A stretch of DNA of 18,031 nucleotides from Thermotogota bacterium (GTDB lineage Bacteria; Bipolaricaulota; Bipolaricaulia; UBA7950; UBA9294): contig JBDKUT010000067.1 in the NCBI GenBank assembly GCA_039679545.1, positions 1-18,031 on the forward strand. Reading direction: 5' to 3'. Position numbers and translations under genes: made by a program. Below the pieces are notes generated by a model. That model worked only from the letters and a program-made list of their open reading frames with translations, was not told the DNA's origin and did no database searches. This document shows, one piece after another, positions 6,722 through 16,540 of this stretch (position 1 is the stretch's first letter; each line of letters opens with the position of its first letter).

Positions 6722-8185
6722 CTTCGGTCGTCTGGAAAGAGACGTTGCGAGGCGCTCCAGGATCCTGCGCGGTGTGCAGGGCGCGGGCATCGCCTTCGTG
6801 ACGTCCGTGGCCGCCGTCCTCGTCGCGTCCATGGCCGCCCGACTCGGGCTTCTCTCTCCTCGCCCCGACTCCGCCGTAGCGGCGCTCCTCTTCATTGCCG
6901 CTGCGGTGATCGCCGGGTTCGTGGTCGGATACGCTTCCAGGCCGGACATTGCCCGCCTGCTCTTGTCGATCGACCTCGCTCTCGCGACCGGAGAACGTCT
7001 GTGTTCATTGCACGAGCTTCACTCACGACGCGACGGGGCTCCTTTCGAGAATCGAATCGTGGAGAAGCTTGCCGAGGTCCCTCCCGCGTGGCGCTGCGCT
7101 CTGCGGCTTCGCCGGACCGACATTCTGCCCTGGCTGGCCGGCGCCGGCGCGCTCGCTCTCGCCGTCTTCCTCTTCCTCACGGCCGTGCCTCCTGCTCCGG
7201 CCGCAACCGCAGACTCGAGGTCTCAGGTCCGCGTTTCCAACAGCCGAGGCGCGACCCCAAGATCCTCGGTTCCCTCCGGGGCGGAACCGGATCCCGTCGC
7301 TGCAAGCGAACACGGCCTGAGTCGAAGCGAGCCCGGCTCACCCCTTATCGACACGCTCGTTGAGCTCCCTCCGGCGCCGGCCTCCGGGGTGCTTCTCGGA
7401 GACCTCGGAGATGAGGCGCCGGCAGAAGCGGAACCGCCCGCCCGGGACTCCCGCCAGTCGCTCTCGGAGTACCTCACGCAACTCCTGGGCCGGGCGGAGG
7501 CCGACCTCAGCCAAACCTTCGCCCTGACCGAGCCAGAGAAGAACGCCCTGCAGAGTCTTCTGCAGGACATGCCCGGTTCGAGCCTCCGCCGGTCTCTGTC
7601 GTCGCTGCTCGGCGACGAGACCGGGGATGCCCTGAAGGCGCGGCTTGAGGAGTCCCAGCGGCTTCTCGAGGGCTCAAGCCGGGGCGAGGAGGGTGAGGCG
7701 AGCACGCAAGCCGGAAGGTCGCCGCGAAGCCCTAACGCGGAAGCCGACGAGAGCCACCCCGAATCGATCGGCTGGGTTCTCCTTCCACCCTCATCCGATG
7801 GTGAGGCCGAGGCCACCGAGGCGGACGGACGGCAGACCGGCGCCGATGCCGGGAAGTCCGAGACGCAGGAAGGGTCCGCTCCTCCACGGAACGAGGAGGG
7901 AGGATCGGCCATCGGCGCACAAGGGGCGGAAGAGGCGCCAGCACCCCCTCCTGGCGTGGGGTTCGTTCCCGAGGAGCTCTTGGGAAGCGTGGGCTCTGAA
8001 GGAGACCTGCGGCGGTACCTCACGAAGGGGATTCCGTTCGAGCCGCCTCCCGTGGATCGCGGACCCATCGCCGCTCTTTCCCTTAACTACGAAACCTTGC
8101 GGGCCCTACTCGAGGCACGTGCCCTCGCCCCCGAGGTCCAAGCGATCGTCCGGGCCTACTTCGTCGAAATCACGCAGGAAGGGCC

Positions 8186-8189
<4 letters not shown>
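6714..8189 (+). CDS. Membrane-anchored protein with three N-terminal TM helices and a long acidic low-complexity tail (MoxR-operon partner), 491 aa
   Basis: Two TM helices, then an IDLALATGERLCSLHE segment, a third TM, a Pro/Ser/Glu/Gly-rich region, and C-terminal LAPEVQAIVRAYFVEI. This resembles the 'P..Y...VR.YF' tails common in genes preceding moxR. Its stop overlaps the moxR start (ATGA). Confidence 0.75.
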
Positions 8190-9165
<976 letters not shown>

Positions 9166-9169
<4 letters not shown>

Positions 9170-9288
9170 CAGCCCCGTTTACCGACGGAACTTGCTTCGC
9201 GGGGCCCGAAGCGACCGTCAGCGAGCCGTGGAGCGGGAATGGCAACGGCCTCCGCGCGATCCGTGAAGCGGGAAAGGCTCTCGCGTGA
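9166..9288 (+). CDS. 40-aa micro-ORF bridging moxR and the BatA/VWA gene (small protein or relic of a deleted gene)
   Basis: ATG 9166 overlaps the moxR stop (ATGA) with SD GGAGGAG at 9148-9154. It reads MTAPFTDGTCFAGPEATVSEPWSGNGNGLRAIREAGKALA*, and its TGA (9286-9288) overlaps the next GTG start (GTGA). Confidence 0.55.
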
Positions 9289-11075
9289 TCTTCGCGAGTC
9301 CGGCGTACCTTTCCCTCCTCGGCCTGTCGATCGGGATTGTCTTCCTGTATTTCCTGAGCGTGCGCCCGCGGCGGCACGAGGTCTCCGCCCTCTTCCTGTG
9401 GGAGGCGTTTCCGAGCGATCCGCGAACGCGGGCTGCGCGGGTTCGAGTCCAGATCGACGTGTCTCTTCTTCTACAGCTCCTCGTCCTCGCGACGATCGTC
9501 CTTGCCCTCGCGGAACCGGCATTGCCAACGAGAGCGCCTCACCTGGACGGCCTGGCCATCGTCTTGGATGGAAGCGCGAGCCTTCGCGCAAGGAATGTGG
9601 ATGGGCGAGCGTCCGCCGATCTGTGCCGGTCGGAAGCGCTGACCCTGCTCGGCCACTACCCGACGACGCCGGTTGCTGTCTTCGAGCTTACCGCCTCGCC
9701 CCGACTCCTGGTCCCTCTCTCCGCGGACCACGAACTCGCCCGCCATGTCATTTCGAAATGGGAACCCTCGTGGTTCGCGGACGGTACCGGTGAAGACCTG
9801 ATGGGGCTCCTCAACAGTCAGAGCGCGACGTACGAGCGGATCGTCTTCCTCACGGACGGAGCTCCCGTGTTCTCTCTGCCGGATCTCGAGGTGATCGCGT
9901 TCTCTCCCGGAGAGAATCTTGCACTCACGGCCTTCAGTGTTCGCGAGGATCCACGCGGAACAGGGTCGGTCGCCTTCGCCCGCGTCCGGAACGACACCTC
10001 ATCTGACTACGAAGGCGTGCTCCGCGTGAGCGACGGTGTCGATCGCGCGTCCATCTCGGTGGTGCTCGCACCCGGCGAGGAACAGGCCTTCGTCCTCCCC
10101 TTCCCGGCGTCCGTCGGCCCCCTGTTTACGGCCATGATCGACGCCGTGGACGCGTTTCCGGCCGACAACTCCCGCGTGGCGAGTCTCGCTCGCCGGACAG
10201 AGTGGCGCATCCGTATGGCGGGCAAGGCTGACCGCTACGTGCGGGCCGCGTTGGCTTCGGTCGGCACTGTGCGCTTTCTTGAAGCGACCGACCCTGCGGC
10301 GGCCGACCTCACCGTGGCCTGTGACGTGTCGCTTCCCGAGGACACGCCCGGAGACATTCTCCTTGTTCACAGCTCGCTCCTTGGGATCGTCGAAGTCAGC
10401 GACGACCGCGAGGGGGAGCCAGGGCAACTCGTCGCCGACACACCGGGCGATCCTCTCCTCGCCAGCGTCGATCCTCTCGATTTCGTTGTCCGCCGCGCCC
10501 CCGAGGTTCGCCTCCTCGCGCCCGGTGTCACCCTCCTCTCGGCGGGTGGGCAGCCGATCCTGTGGCGCGCCGACTTGCCGGACCGGCGCGTCGTCGTCCT
10601 CGCACCCGATCCGATCCGAACGAACTTGCCGCTCTGCGTTGGCTTTCCCGTCCTTGTGTGGAACATCGTTCGCTGGCTCTCCCTTGCGAATCCCTCTGCC
10701 CCACCCTCGGCGCCGGTTGCCGGCGAGCCGATCCCGTTCTCTCCGTACGGGATCCCCGAACATCTCGTGGATCCCTCCGATCGCACGATGGAGGTCGACA
10801 CCGATTCCGTTGGCTTCATCGCGAAGGCCCCGGGGATCTACCGACTTACGACATCGTCCGGGACCTACGCCATCGCCGTGAACGTGGACTGGAACGAGTC
10901 GCCTCGCCCGGCAGCCCCGAACACTGCAGCGCCGGCGCACGCCGAGGAGGGCCGGGCTCAACTGGAGACCACCTTCTTCTTCGCGTGGACAGTTGCCACA
11001 GCCCTTGCGGTGGCGCTCCTCCTCTTCGAGTCGATGATCTACCGGCGACTCAGGCTTCAGAGGAGGCGACCGTGA
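9285..11075 (+). CDS. BatA-type N-terminal double-TM domain plus VWA domain membrane protein, 596 aa
   Basis: The N-terminus MIFASPAYLSLLGLSIGIVFLYFL..RRHEVSALFLW..LLLQLLVLATIVLALAEP is BatA-like. The VWA MIDAS reads IVLDGSAS ... IVFLTDG, followed by an Ig-like segment (ENLALTAFSV..ARVRN) and a C-terminal TM WTVATALAVALLLFESMIYRR. Confidence 0.9.
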   Translation: MIFASPAYLSLLGLSIGIVFLYFLSVRPRRHEVSALFLWEAFPSDPRTRAARVRVQIDVSLLLQLLVLATIVLALAEPALPTRAPHLDGLAIVLDGSASLRARNVDGRASADLCRSEALTLLGHYPTTPVAVFELTASPRLLVPLSADHELARHVISKWEPSWFADGTGEDLMGLLNSQSATYERIVFLTDGAPVFSLPDLEVIAFSPGENLALTAFSVREDPRGTGSVAFARVRNDTSSDYEGVLRVSDGVDRASISVVLAPGEEQAFVLPFPASVGPLFTAMIDAVDAFPADNSRVASLARRTEWRIRMAGKADRYVRAALASVGTVRFLEATDPAAADLTVACDVSLPEDTPGDILLVHSSLLGIVEVSDDREGEPGQLVADTPGDPLLASVDPLDFVVRRAPEVRLLAPGVTLLSAGGQPILWRADLPDRRVVVLAPDPIRTNLPLCVGFPVLVWNIVRWLSLANPSAPPSAPVAGEPIPFSPYGIPEHLVDPSDRTMEVDTDSVGFIAKAPGIYRLTTSSGTYAIAVNVDWNESPRPAAPNTAAPAHAEEGRAQLETTFFFAWTVATALAVALLLFESMIYRRLRLQRRRP

Positions 11076-13591
11076 TCCGCTTCGCGACGCCGCTCGCCCT
11101 TCTGGCACTCCCCGCCCTTGGGATCCTGCTCCTCATGGGCCGCAAGCAACTGCGAGACTTGGCCCTTCCCGCGCTTGCCGCCTCAGTCCTGATCCTGGCC
11201 TTGGCAGGCCCCGAGTTGCGCCGCGGCCTGCCCCGGGAGAATGTGGTCGTCCTTCTCGATCGCTCTCCGAGCGTCTCGGTCACCCTTGAGGAGCGCGAGG
11301 TTCGAGACGCTCTGACTGCCCTCCGTGCCGCGAATCCCGACAGGCGATTCGGGGTGGTCGCTTTCGCTTCTCGCGCAACGATCTCCGGCCCTCTCTCCAG
11401 CGGACCGGATTCGCTCGCTCGGCTGCCTGACGTCGCCAGCTTGGGGGGAGGGACCAACGTTGCCGCGGCCGTGAATCTCGCCCTCGCAGCGTTGCCCCAA
11501 GGAGATGCGAACCAACTCGTGCTTGTGAGCGACGGGCGGATCACGAACGGCCTGCTTGAGGCCGTCAGCGCGGCTCGCGCCGCGGGCGTGCCGATCTCCG
11601 CGATTCCCCTCGGCCACCCCGCGGCAACGGATGCCTCTCTCACCCGTCTTGAGGTTCCCACCCGAGTCCAAGTTGCACGGCCGTTTGAGGTCGCCGTGAG
11701 CGTCGAGTCTCCGTCGCCCGGAGAGGGAACCCTCCTCCTCTACCGAGACGGGGAACTTGCCTCGTCCACTTCCGTGTCTCTGAAGAACGGACTCTCCCGG
11801 TTCCGGATCGCGGACGCCGTCGTGGAAAGCGGCCTTTGCACGTACCGCGCCGCGATCAAGCGCTCGGGCGATCCGATCCCCGAGAATGACTCCCTCTCGG
11901 CCTTCACGGAGGCCGGGACGCCTCCTCCTTTGCTCATCGTGTCCCCACACGTCCCGGATGCCCTCACCGCCGCACTCGCCGAGGTAGGGAAATCCTACGC
12001 GCTGAGCCCCGTCGTCCCCCCGCTCGAGGCGCTCGCCCGCTACCACGAGATCCTGCTCACGGGCTTCCCCCTGGACAGCCTTTCTCCTGACGACATCGAG
12101 ATACTCCGATCCTTCATCACCGACCTCGGCGGAGGTCTCCTCATCGCCGAGGGCGAAGTGGAGCTCCGAGGGGTGCGAGGCGGCGGGATCGAGGATCTCC
12201 TCCCCGTCTCGTACACGCTTCCTCAACGGGCGGACCAAGCGAGTCTCGCCGTCGTCTACCTCCTTGACCGCTCGGCAAGCATGCTTGGGCACGCAGAAGG
12301 AGCCGCGAAGATCGACGTGGTAAAGGAGGCCGCGGCCGCGTGCGTAGGCCTCCTCGATCCGCAGGCCCTTGCGGGGATCGTCGCGTTCGACCGGGAGTTC
12401 CGCTGGCTGCGGCGCGTCGCCCCCGTCTTGGATGGGCGGGAGATCTACGAGTCGCTCCGCAGCCTGCAGGCAAGCGGAGGAACCGACATCTACTACCCGA
12501 CGATTGCGGCGCTCGATGCCCTCGAACAGGTCTCGGCACGGATCAAACACATTCTTCTCCTCTCCGATGGGAAAACGGTCGACGAGGTCCGCGACTGGAA
12601 CGGGCTCTTCACGCGCTTGGAGTCTCAGTCCGGCATCCACCTCTCCGCCGTCGCGATCGGCCCTCAGCCGGACCTGTCACTCCTCGACCGCCTGGTCAAG
12701 GCCGGCCACGGGACGCTCTACACCGCGGACGATTACTCGCTCCTCCCGAAGGTCTCGATGGAAGCAACCCAACGCCTGTCGGAGAACCGTTTTGTGACGG
12801 AGGAAACCCCCGTGTCCGGACCGCTCGCAGACGGCGATCTGGCCCAGATCCCCCACCTCCAGGGCCGCGCTCTGACATACGCGCGGCCCACGGCCGAGGT
12901 TCTCCTCGCGGCAGGAGCGGATCCGATCCTCGCCCGATGGCGCCTCGGTCTCGGGAGGATCGGCGTTCTGAACGCCGATCTTGCAGGGGTCTGGTCGCGG
13001 GACTGGCTCTCCTGGAGCCGCGCGCCTCTCCTTCTGGAGACCATCCTCGGGTCCGTAGAGGCCGAAACCTGGGTGGATCAAGGCCTTCGGCCGTCCGTGA
13101 AGGTCGGGGAATCCGGCATTCGCGTGTCCGTCGAGGCACGTGAATCGGACGGGAGCTTCGTCGACTTCCTCCGCCTCGAGGCCGTTCTGCTCCCCGGCGA
13201 CGCCGTCACTCCGCTCGAGCAGACAAGCGCCGGGCGGTACGAGGCCACGCTGCCCGCCCTCGCCGAGGGCGGGTATGCCCTCCGAGTCGTCGACCAAACC
13301 CGAGACCGGATCGCCCTCCTCCCGTTCTCAGTTCCGTACCCGGAGGAGTACCGCCACACCGGCGTTGACGAGGCAACGCTTCGGACAATCGCCCAGGCGA
13401 CCGGCGGCCGGTTCCTCACGGGAGAACAGATTCTTTCCAAATCGCCCGCCACGCTAGGCTCATCCTACGCCCCCGTCCACCGCCAGGCTCTGCTCCTCGC
13501 CCTGGCGCTGTTCCTTCTCGAGCTCATTCGCCGGAAGCTGCCTCGTCGGCTTGCGAGGCCGACATCGCGAACGGGTCACTCCGTCTCGTAA
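11072..13591 (+). CDS. Large membrane-anchored protein with two VWA domains and a glutamine-amidotransferase-like domain, ~839 aa
   Basis: Start re-called at GTG 11072 (GTGA overlap with the upstream stop), giving MIRFATPLALLALPAL..LILALAGP. VWA1: VVLLDRSPS/GGTNV/LVLVSDG. An Ig-like domain ends in D.IPEND. GATase-like: LRSFITDLGGGLL..IEDLLPV. VWA2: YLLDRSAS/GGTDI/ILLLSDG. Then DPILARWRLGLGR, YPEEY..LRTIAQATGGR and a C-terminal TM LLLALALFLLELIRRK. Confidence 0.9.
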   Translation: MIRFATPLALLALPALGILLLMGRKQLRDLALPALAASVLILALAGPELRRGLPRENVVVLLDRSPSVSVTLEEREVRDALTALRAANPDRRFGVVAFASRATISGPLSSGPDSLARLPDVASLGGGTNVAAAVNLALAALPQGDANQLVLVSDGRITNGLLEAVSAARAAGVPISAIPLGHPAATDASLTRLEVPTRVQVARPFEVAVSVESPSPGEGTLLLYRDGELASSTSVSLKNGLSRFRIADAVVESGLCTYRAAIKRSGDPIPENDSLSAFTEAGTPPPLLIVSPHVPDALTAALAEVGKSYALSPVVPPLEALARYHEILLTGFPLDSLSPDDIEILRSFITDLGGGLLIAEGEVELRGVRGGGIEDLLPVSYTLPQRADQASLAVVYLLDRSASMLGHAEGAAKIDVVKEAAAACVGLLDPQALAGIVAFDREFRWLRRVAPVLDGREIYESLRSLQASGGTDIYYPTIAALDALEQVSARIKHILLLSDGKTVDEVRDWNGLFTRLESQSGIHLSAVAIGPQPDLSLLDRLVKAGHGTLYTADDYSLLPKVSMEATQRLSENRFVTEETPVSGPLADGDLAQIPHLQGRALTYARPTAEVLLAAGADPILARWRLGLGRIGVLNADLAGVWSRDWLSWSRAPLLLETILGSVEAETWVDQGLRPSVKVGESGIRVSVEARESDGSFVDFLRLEAVLLPGDAVTPLEQTSAGRYEATLPALAEGGYALRVVDQTRDRIALLPFSVPYPEEYRHTGVDEATLRTIAQATGGRFLTGEQILSKSPATLGSSYAPVHRQALLLALALFLLELIRRKLPRRLARPTSRTGHSVS

Positions 13592-13674
13592 GGAGCTCGC
13601 GACGACGAAGCGCGTCTATCGGGCGCGTTGTCCGGCGAAAAGGGAGAACCCAAGTGCGTCGCAGTGCGGTCCAC

Positions 13675-13703
13675 TTGATTCAGTATCACCTCAACTCTAC
13701 ACT
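13675..13703 (+). promoter_or_regulatory. Putative sigma70 promoter for the second peptide ABC operon
   Basis: TTGATT (13675-13680), a 17-nt spacer, then TACACT (13698-13703), within an AT-richer intergenic patch. Confidence 0.6.
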
Positions 13704-13806
13704 GCTGTCGAAGTTCCCTCTCGATTGCCATCCCACGGAAGGGGAGGTGACGTTCGCGTTTGGCTTCTCTGGTAGAGCGGAAGGAACATCTCTAAGGGAG
13801 GTTCAG

Positions 13807-15414
13807 ATGGGAAGAAAGGGAAACTGGCTAGTACTCGGGCTCGTGGTGTCCCTGGTCATCGGCATGGCTTCCGTGGGATTCGGAGCGACGGACAAGTTGG
13901 TCTACCTGTTCTACGGTGAGCCGGGTGAGGCTGACCCCGCCACGGCCTACGACATGCGCTCGTCGACCCTGATCAACAACGTCTATGACCGTCTCCTGAC
14001 GTACGAGGGGAGCGATGCGACGAAGTTCGCACCGATGTTGGCCGAGCGTTGGGAGGTGTCGGCCGACGGAAAGACGATCACGTTCCACCTCCGGAAGAAC
14101 GCGACGTTCCACGATGGCTCGGCCCTGACGGCGGAGGACGTGCGCTACTCGTTCAACCGCGTCATGACCATGAACCAACCGCCGTCCTGGATGCTGTCGC
14201 AAATGATGAATCAGGACAGCACCGTGGTCGTTGACCCGTACACCGTCGAGGTTCATCTGACGCAGGCGTACGCCGCGGCCCTGGGCGTGCTGACGCACAC
14301 CGTGGCGTCGATCGTCAACTCGGCGGTCGTCGAGGCCAACGGCGGCATCGTCGCCGATCAGGAAAACACCTGGATGAACCAGAACGAGGGCGGCGCCGGA
14401 TCTGGACCGTACACACTGAAGGAGTGGATCCCGGCCGAGAGGCTCACGTTCGAGCGGTATGACGGCTACTGGGGCAAGAAGGCCATCACGAAGACCATCG
14501 AGTGCCCCATCGTCCCTGAGGTCGGAACGCGCGTCCTCATGCTGCGGGCAGGAGATGCTGACGTCCACGACCAGTTCCCGGAGACGAACGTCGCCGACTT
14601 GCAGGGCGCTCCGAACCTGACGATCCTCACCCCGGCTACGTTCAACATCGACTTCATCGCGCTGGGCTGCCGCGGCCCGATGGCCGAGAAGGCCGTCCGC
14701 CAAGCGGTGTCCTACGCGTTCCCGTACGCCATGGCGCTTGAGTTCGTCTACAACGGACTCGCGATCCGATCCACCGGCCCGATTCCGTCGGGGATGTTCG
14801 GCTACGTCGACCCCGCGGCCGGCGGACGGTACGAATACAACATCGTCAAGGCCAACCAGATCCTCGATGCAGCCGGCTGGAAGTGGGCAGGAGCAGCTGG
14901 CGAGGGCTACCGCGCGAAGGACGGCGTGGAGCTCGGAATGGAGGTCTTGGCGCCAATCGGCGAGGAGGTCAAGATGCAGGAGGCCCTGCTCTGGCAGGAC
15001 AGCCTCCGGCAGATCGGCTTCAACCTGAAGATCCGAGAGATCGTGTACGCCATGATGTACCGGACCGTCCGCAACCATGACACGGACGGCATTATGTCGG
15101 GCTGGCTGCCGGACTACGCGGACCCGGACAACTACGTCGACGCCATCTGCAACTCAAGCAACGCCGACCACATCTACGGGAACCAGTACAACAACCCGGC
15201 AATGGACGCCCTGATCCTGCAGGCGAAGTCCGAGATCGACGTAGCGAAGCGTGCCGACCTGTACTGGCAGATCCAGGAGATCTCGTTCCAGGATGCACCG
15301 TACATCTGGGTTTCCCAGCGGTCGAACGTGGTCGTTCTCAACAACGCCGTGAAGGGCTTCTACTACAACCCGATCCTTCCGATCGATTTCTCGACGCTCT
15401 ACAAGGAAGGCTAG
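13807..15414 (+). CDS. dppA: Dipeptide/oligopeptide/nickel-family ABC transporter substrate-binding protein (family 5), ~535 aa
   Basis: Start re-called at ATG 13807 (SD AAGGGAGG at 13794-13801, signal peptide MGRKGNWLVLGLVVSLVIGMASVGFGA). Motifs: DPATAYD, NVYDRLL, PMLAERWEVSADGKTITFHLRKNATFHDGSALTAEDVRYSFNR, GSGPYTL, VRQAVSYA and GWLPDYADPDNY. The substrate cannot be determined from sequence. Confidence 0.92.
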   Translation: MGRKGNWLVLGLVVSLVIGMASVGFGATDKLVYLFYGEPGEADPATAYDMRSSTLINNVYDRLLTYEGSDATKFAPMLAERWEVSADGKTITFHLRKNATFHDGSALTAEDVRYSFNRVMTMNQPPSWMLSQMMNQDSTVVVDPYTVEVHLTQAYAAALGVLTHTVASIVNSAVVEANGGIVADQENTWMNQNEGGAGSGPYTLKEWIPAERLTFERYDGYWGKKAITKTIECPIVPEVGTRVLMLRAGDADVHDQFPETNVADLQGAPNLTILTPATFNIDFIALGCRGPMAEKAVRQAVSYAFPYAMALEFVYNGLAIRSTGPIPSGMFGYVDPAAGGRYEYNIVKANQILDAAGWKWAGAAGEGYRAKDGVELGMEVLAPIGEEVKMQEALLWQDSLRQIGFNLKIREIVYAMMYRTVRNHDTDGIMSGWLPDYADPDNYVDAICNSSNADHIYGNQYNNPAMDALILQAKSEIDVAKRADLYWQIQEISFQDAPYIWVSQRSNVVVLNNAVKGFYYNPILPIDFSTLYKEG

Positions 15415-15438
15415 GCAAGAAGGAATTCGGACCAACAC

Positions 15439-15463
15439 GGGGCCGGAGTCTCACTCCGGCCCC
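15439..15463 (+). terminator. Perfect 11-bp hairpin after the second SBP gene (partial terminator or stabiliser)
   Basis: GGGGCCGGAGT-ctc-ACTCCGGCCCC followed by a weak pyrimidine tract, TCCTTTGATT. Confidence 0.6.
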
Positions 15464-15520
15464 TCCTTTGATTCCACAACCGCGGGACGACCTGGTCCTC
15501 CCGCAGGATGAGGAGAAGAC

Positions 15521-16540
15521 ATGAGGCTCAGCACCTACATCCTGCGCCGCGTCGCGATGCTGATTCCTGTCCTGCTCGGCGTGCTGGTGCTCATCTTCGT
15601 CATCGCGTACGTCATTCCGGCCGACCCGGCGCGGGCCTGGGCCGGGCCGCGAGCGCGAGCGGAGCAGGTTCAGGCGCTTGAGGAGCGGTACCACCTGAAC
15701 GACCCGATCTACACCCAGATCGGCATTTACCTGAAGAATGTTCTCCTGCACTTCGACCTGGGGGTCTCACCAACGACCGGGCGGCCGGTGCGGGATGACC
15801 TGAAGGCCTTCTTCCCGGCGACCTTCGAGCTGGCGATGTGTGCCTTCTTCCTAGCGATCGCCTTAGGGATTCCGTTGGGCGTCATCTCCGCTCTGCGGAG
15901 GAATCGCCCGACGGACCACTTCTCCCGCGTCGTCGCGCTGACCGGAGTCTCGACGCCGCTCTTCTGGTCGGCGCTCCTGCTGCAGTTCCTGTTCTACTAC
16001 AAGCTGGGCTGGCTCCCGGCGATGGGGCGATCGACGATCGACATCACGCGCTACACCGGTTTCGTCCTCATCGACAGCGTTCTCAACTGGAACTGGACCG
16101 CCTTCGGCGATGCGGCGATTCACATGATCCTCCCGGCCGCGACGTTGGCTTTCTACTCGATGGGGTACCTGGTTCGGATCACACGCGGCAGCATGCTCGA
16201 GGTTCTCGAGGCCGAGTACGTAATTACGGCAAAGGCCAAGGGACTTCCGCGCAAGGTCGTCATCTACCGCCATGCGCTGAAGAACGCCATCATCCCGCCG
16301 CTGACGGTACTCGGGGTCGAATTCGGCTGGTTGTTGGGTGGAACCGTCCTGCTGGAGACGATCTTCGCCTGGCCGGGGATGGGGCGGTACGCGGCGGGAT
16401 CGATTGTCATGGTCGATCTCCCGGCCGTGGTCGGCTACACGCTGGTCGTCGCCATGATCATGCTCTTGTCGAATCTGATCGTCGACATTCTCTACAGCGT
16501 CATCGATCCGCGGATCCGCGTGGGAGGGAAGCGCAGATGA
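15521..16540 (+). CDS. dppB: Peptide ABC transporter permease DppB/OppB family, 339 aa
   Basis: YILRRV..LIPVLLGV..VIPADPA, FDLGVS, FFPATFELA, TGFVLIDSVL, HMILPA, EYVITAKAKGL, HALKNA, ETIFAWPGMG and IDPRIR. SD GAGGAG upstream. Confidence 0.95.
   Translation: MRLSTYILRRVAMLIPVLLGVLVLIFVIAYVIPADPARAWAGPRARAEQVQALEERYHLNDPIYTQIGIYLKNVLLHFDLGVSPTTGRPVRDDLKAFFPATFELAMCAFFLAIALGIPLGVISALRRNRPTDHFSRVVALTGVSTPLFWSALLLQFLFYYKLGWLPAMGRSTIDITRYTGFVLIDSVLNWNWTAFGDAAIHMILPAATLAFYSMGYLVRITRGSMLEVLEAEYVITAKAKGLPRKVVIYRHALKNAIIPPLTVLGVEFGWLLGGTVLLETIFAWPGMGRYAAGSIVMVDLPAVVGYTLVVAMIMLLSNLIVDILYSVIDPRIRVGGKRR

Noticed and set aside
10562..11071. 170-aa N-terminal extension making the double-VWA protein 1009 aa
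   Set aside because: It overlaps the upstream gene by over 500 nt with Arg-rich off-frame composition. GTG 11072 gives a GTGA coupling and a typical IRFATP.ALL start.
13654..13806. ORF-track extension of dppA from 13654
   Set aside because: It spans the predicted promoter, while the SD and signal peptide fit ATG 13807.
15838..16536. 552-aa fused ORF ending in DppC
   Set aside because: The first 233 codons are an alternative frame inside dppB. The real start is ATG 16537 at the ATGA overlap.
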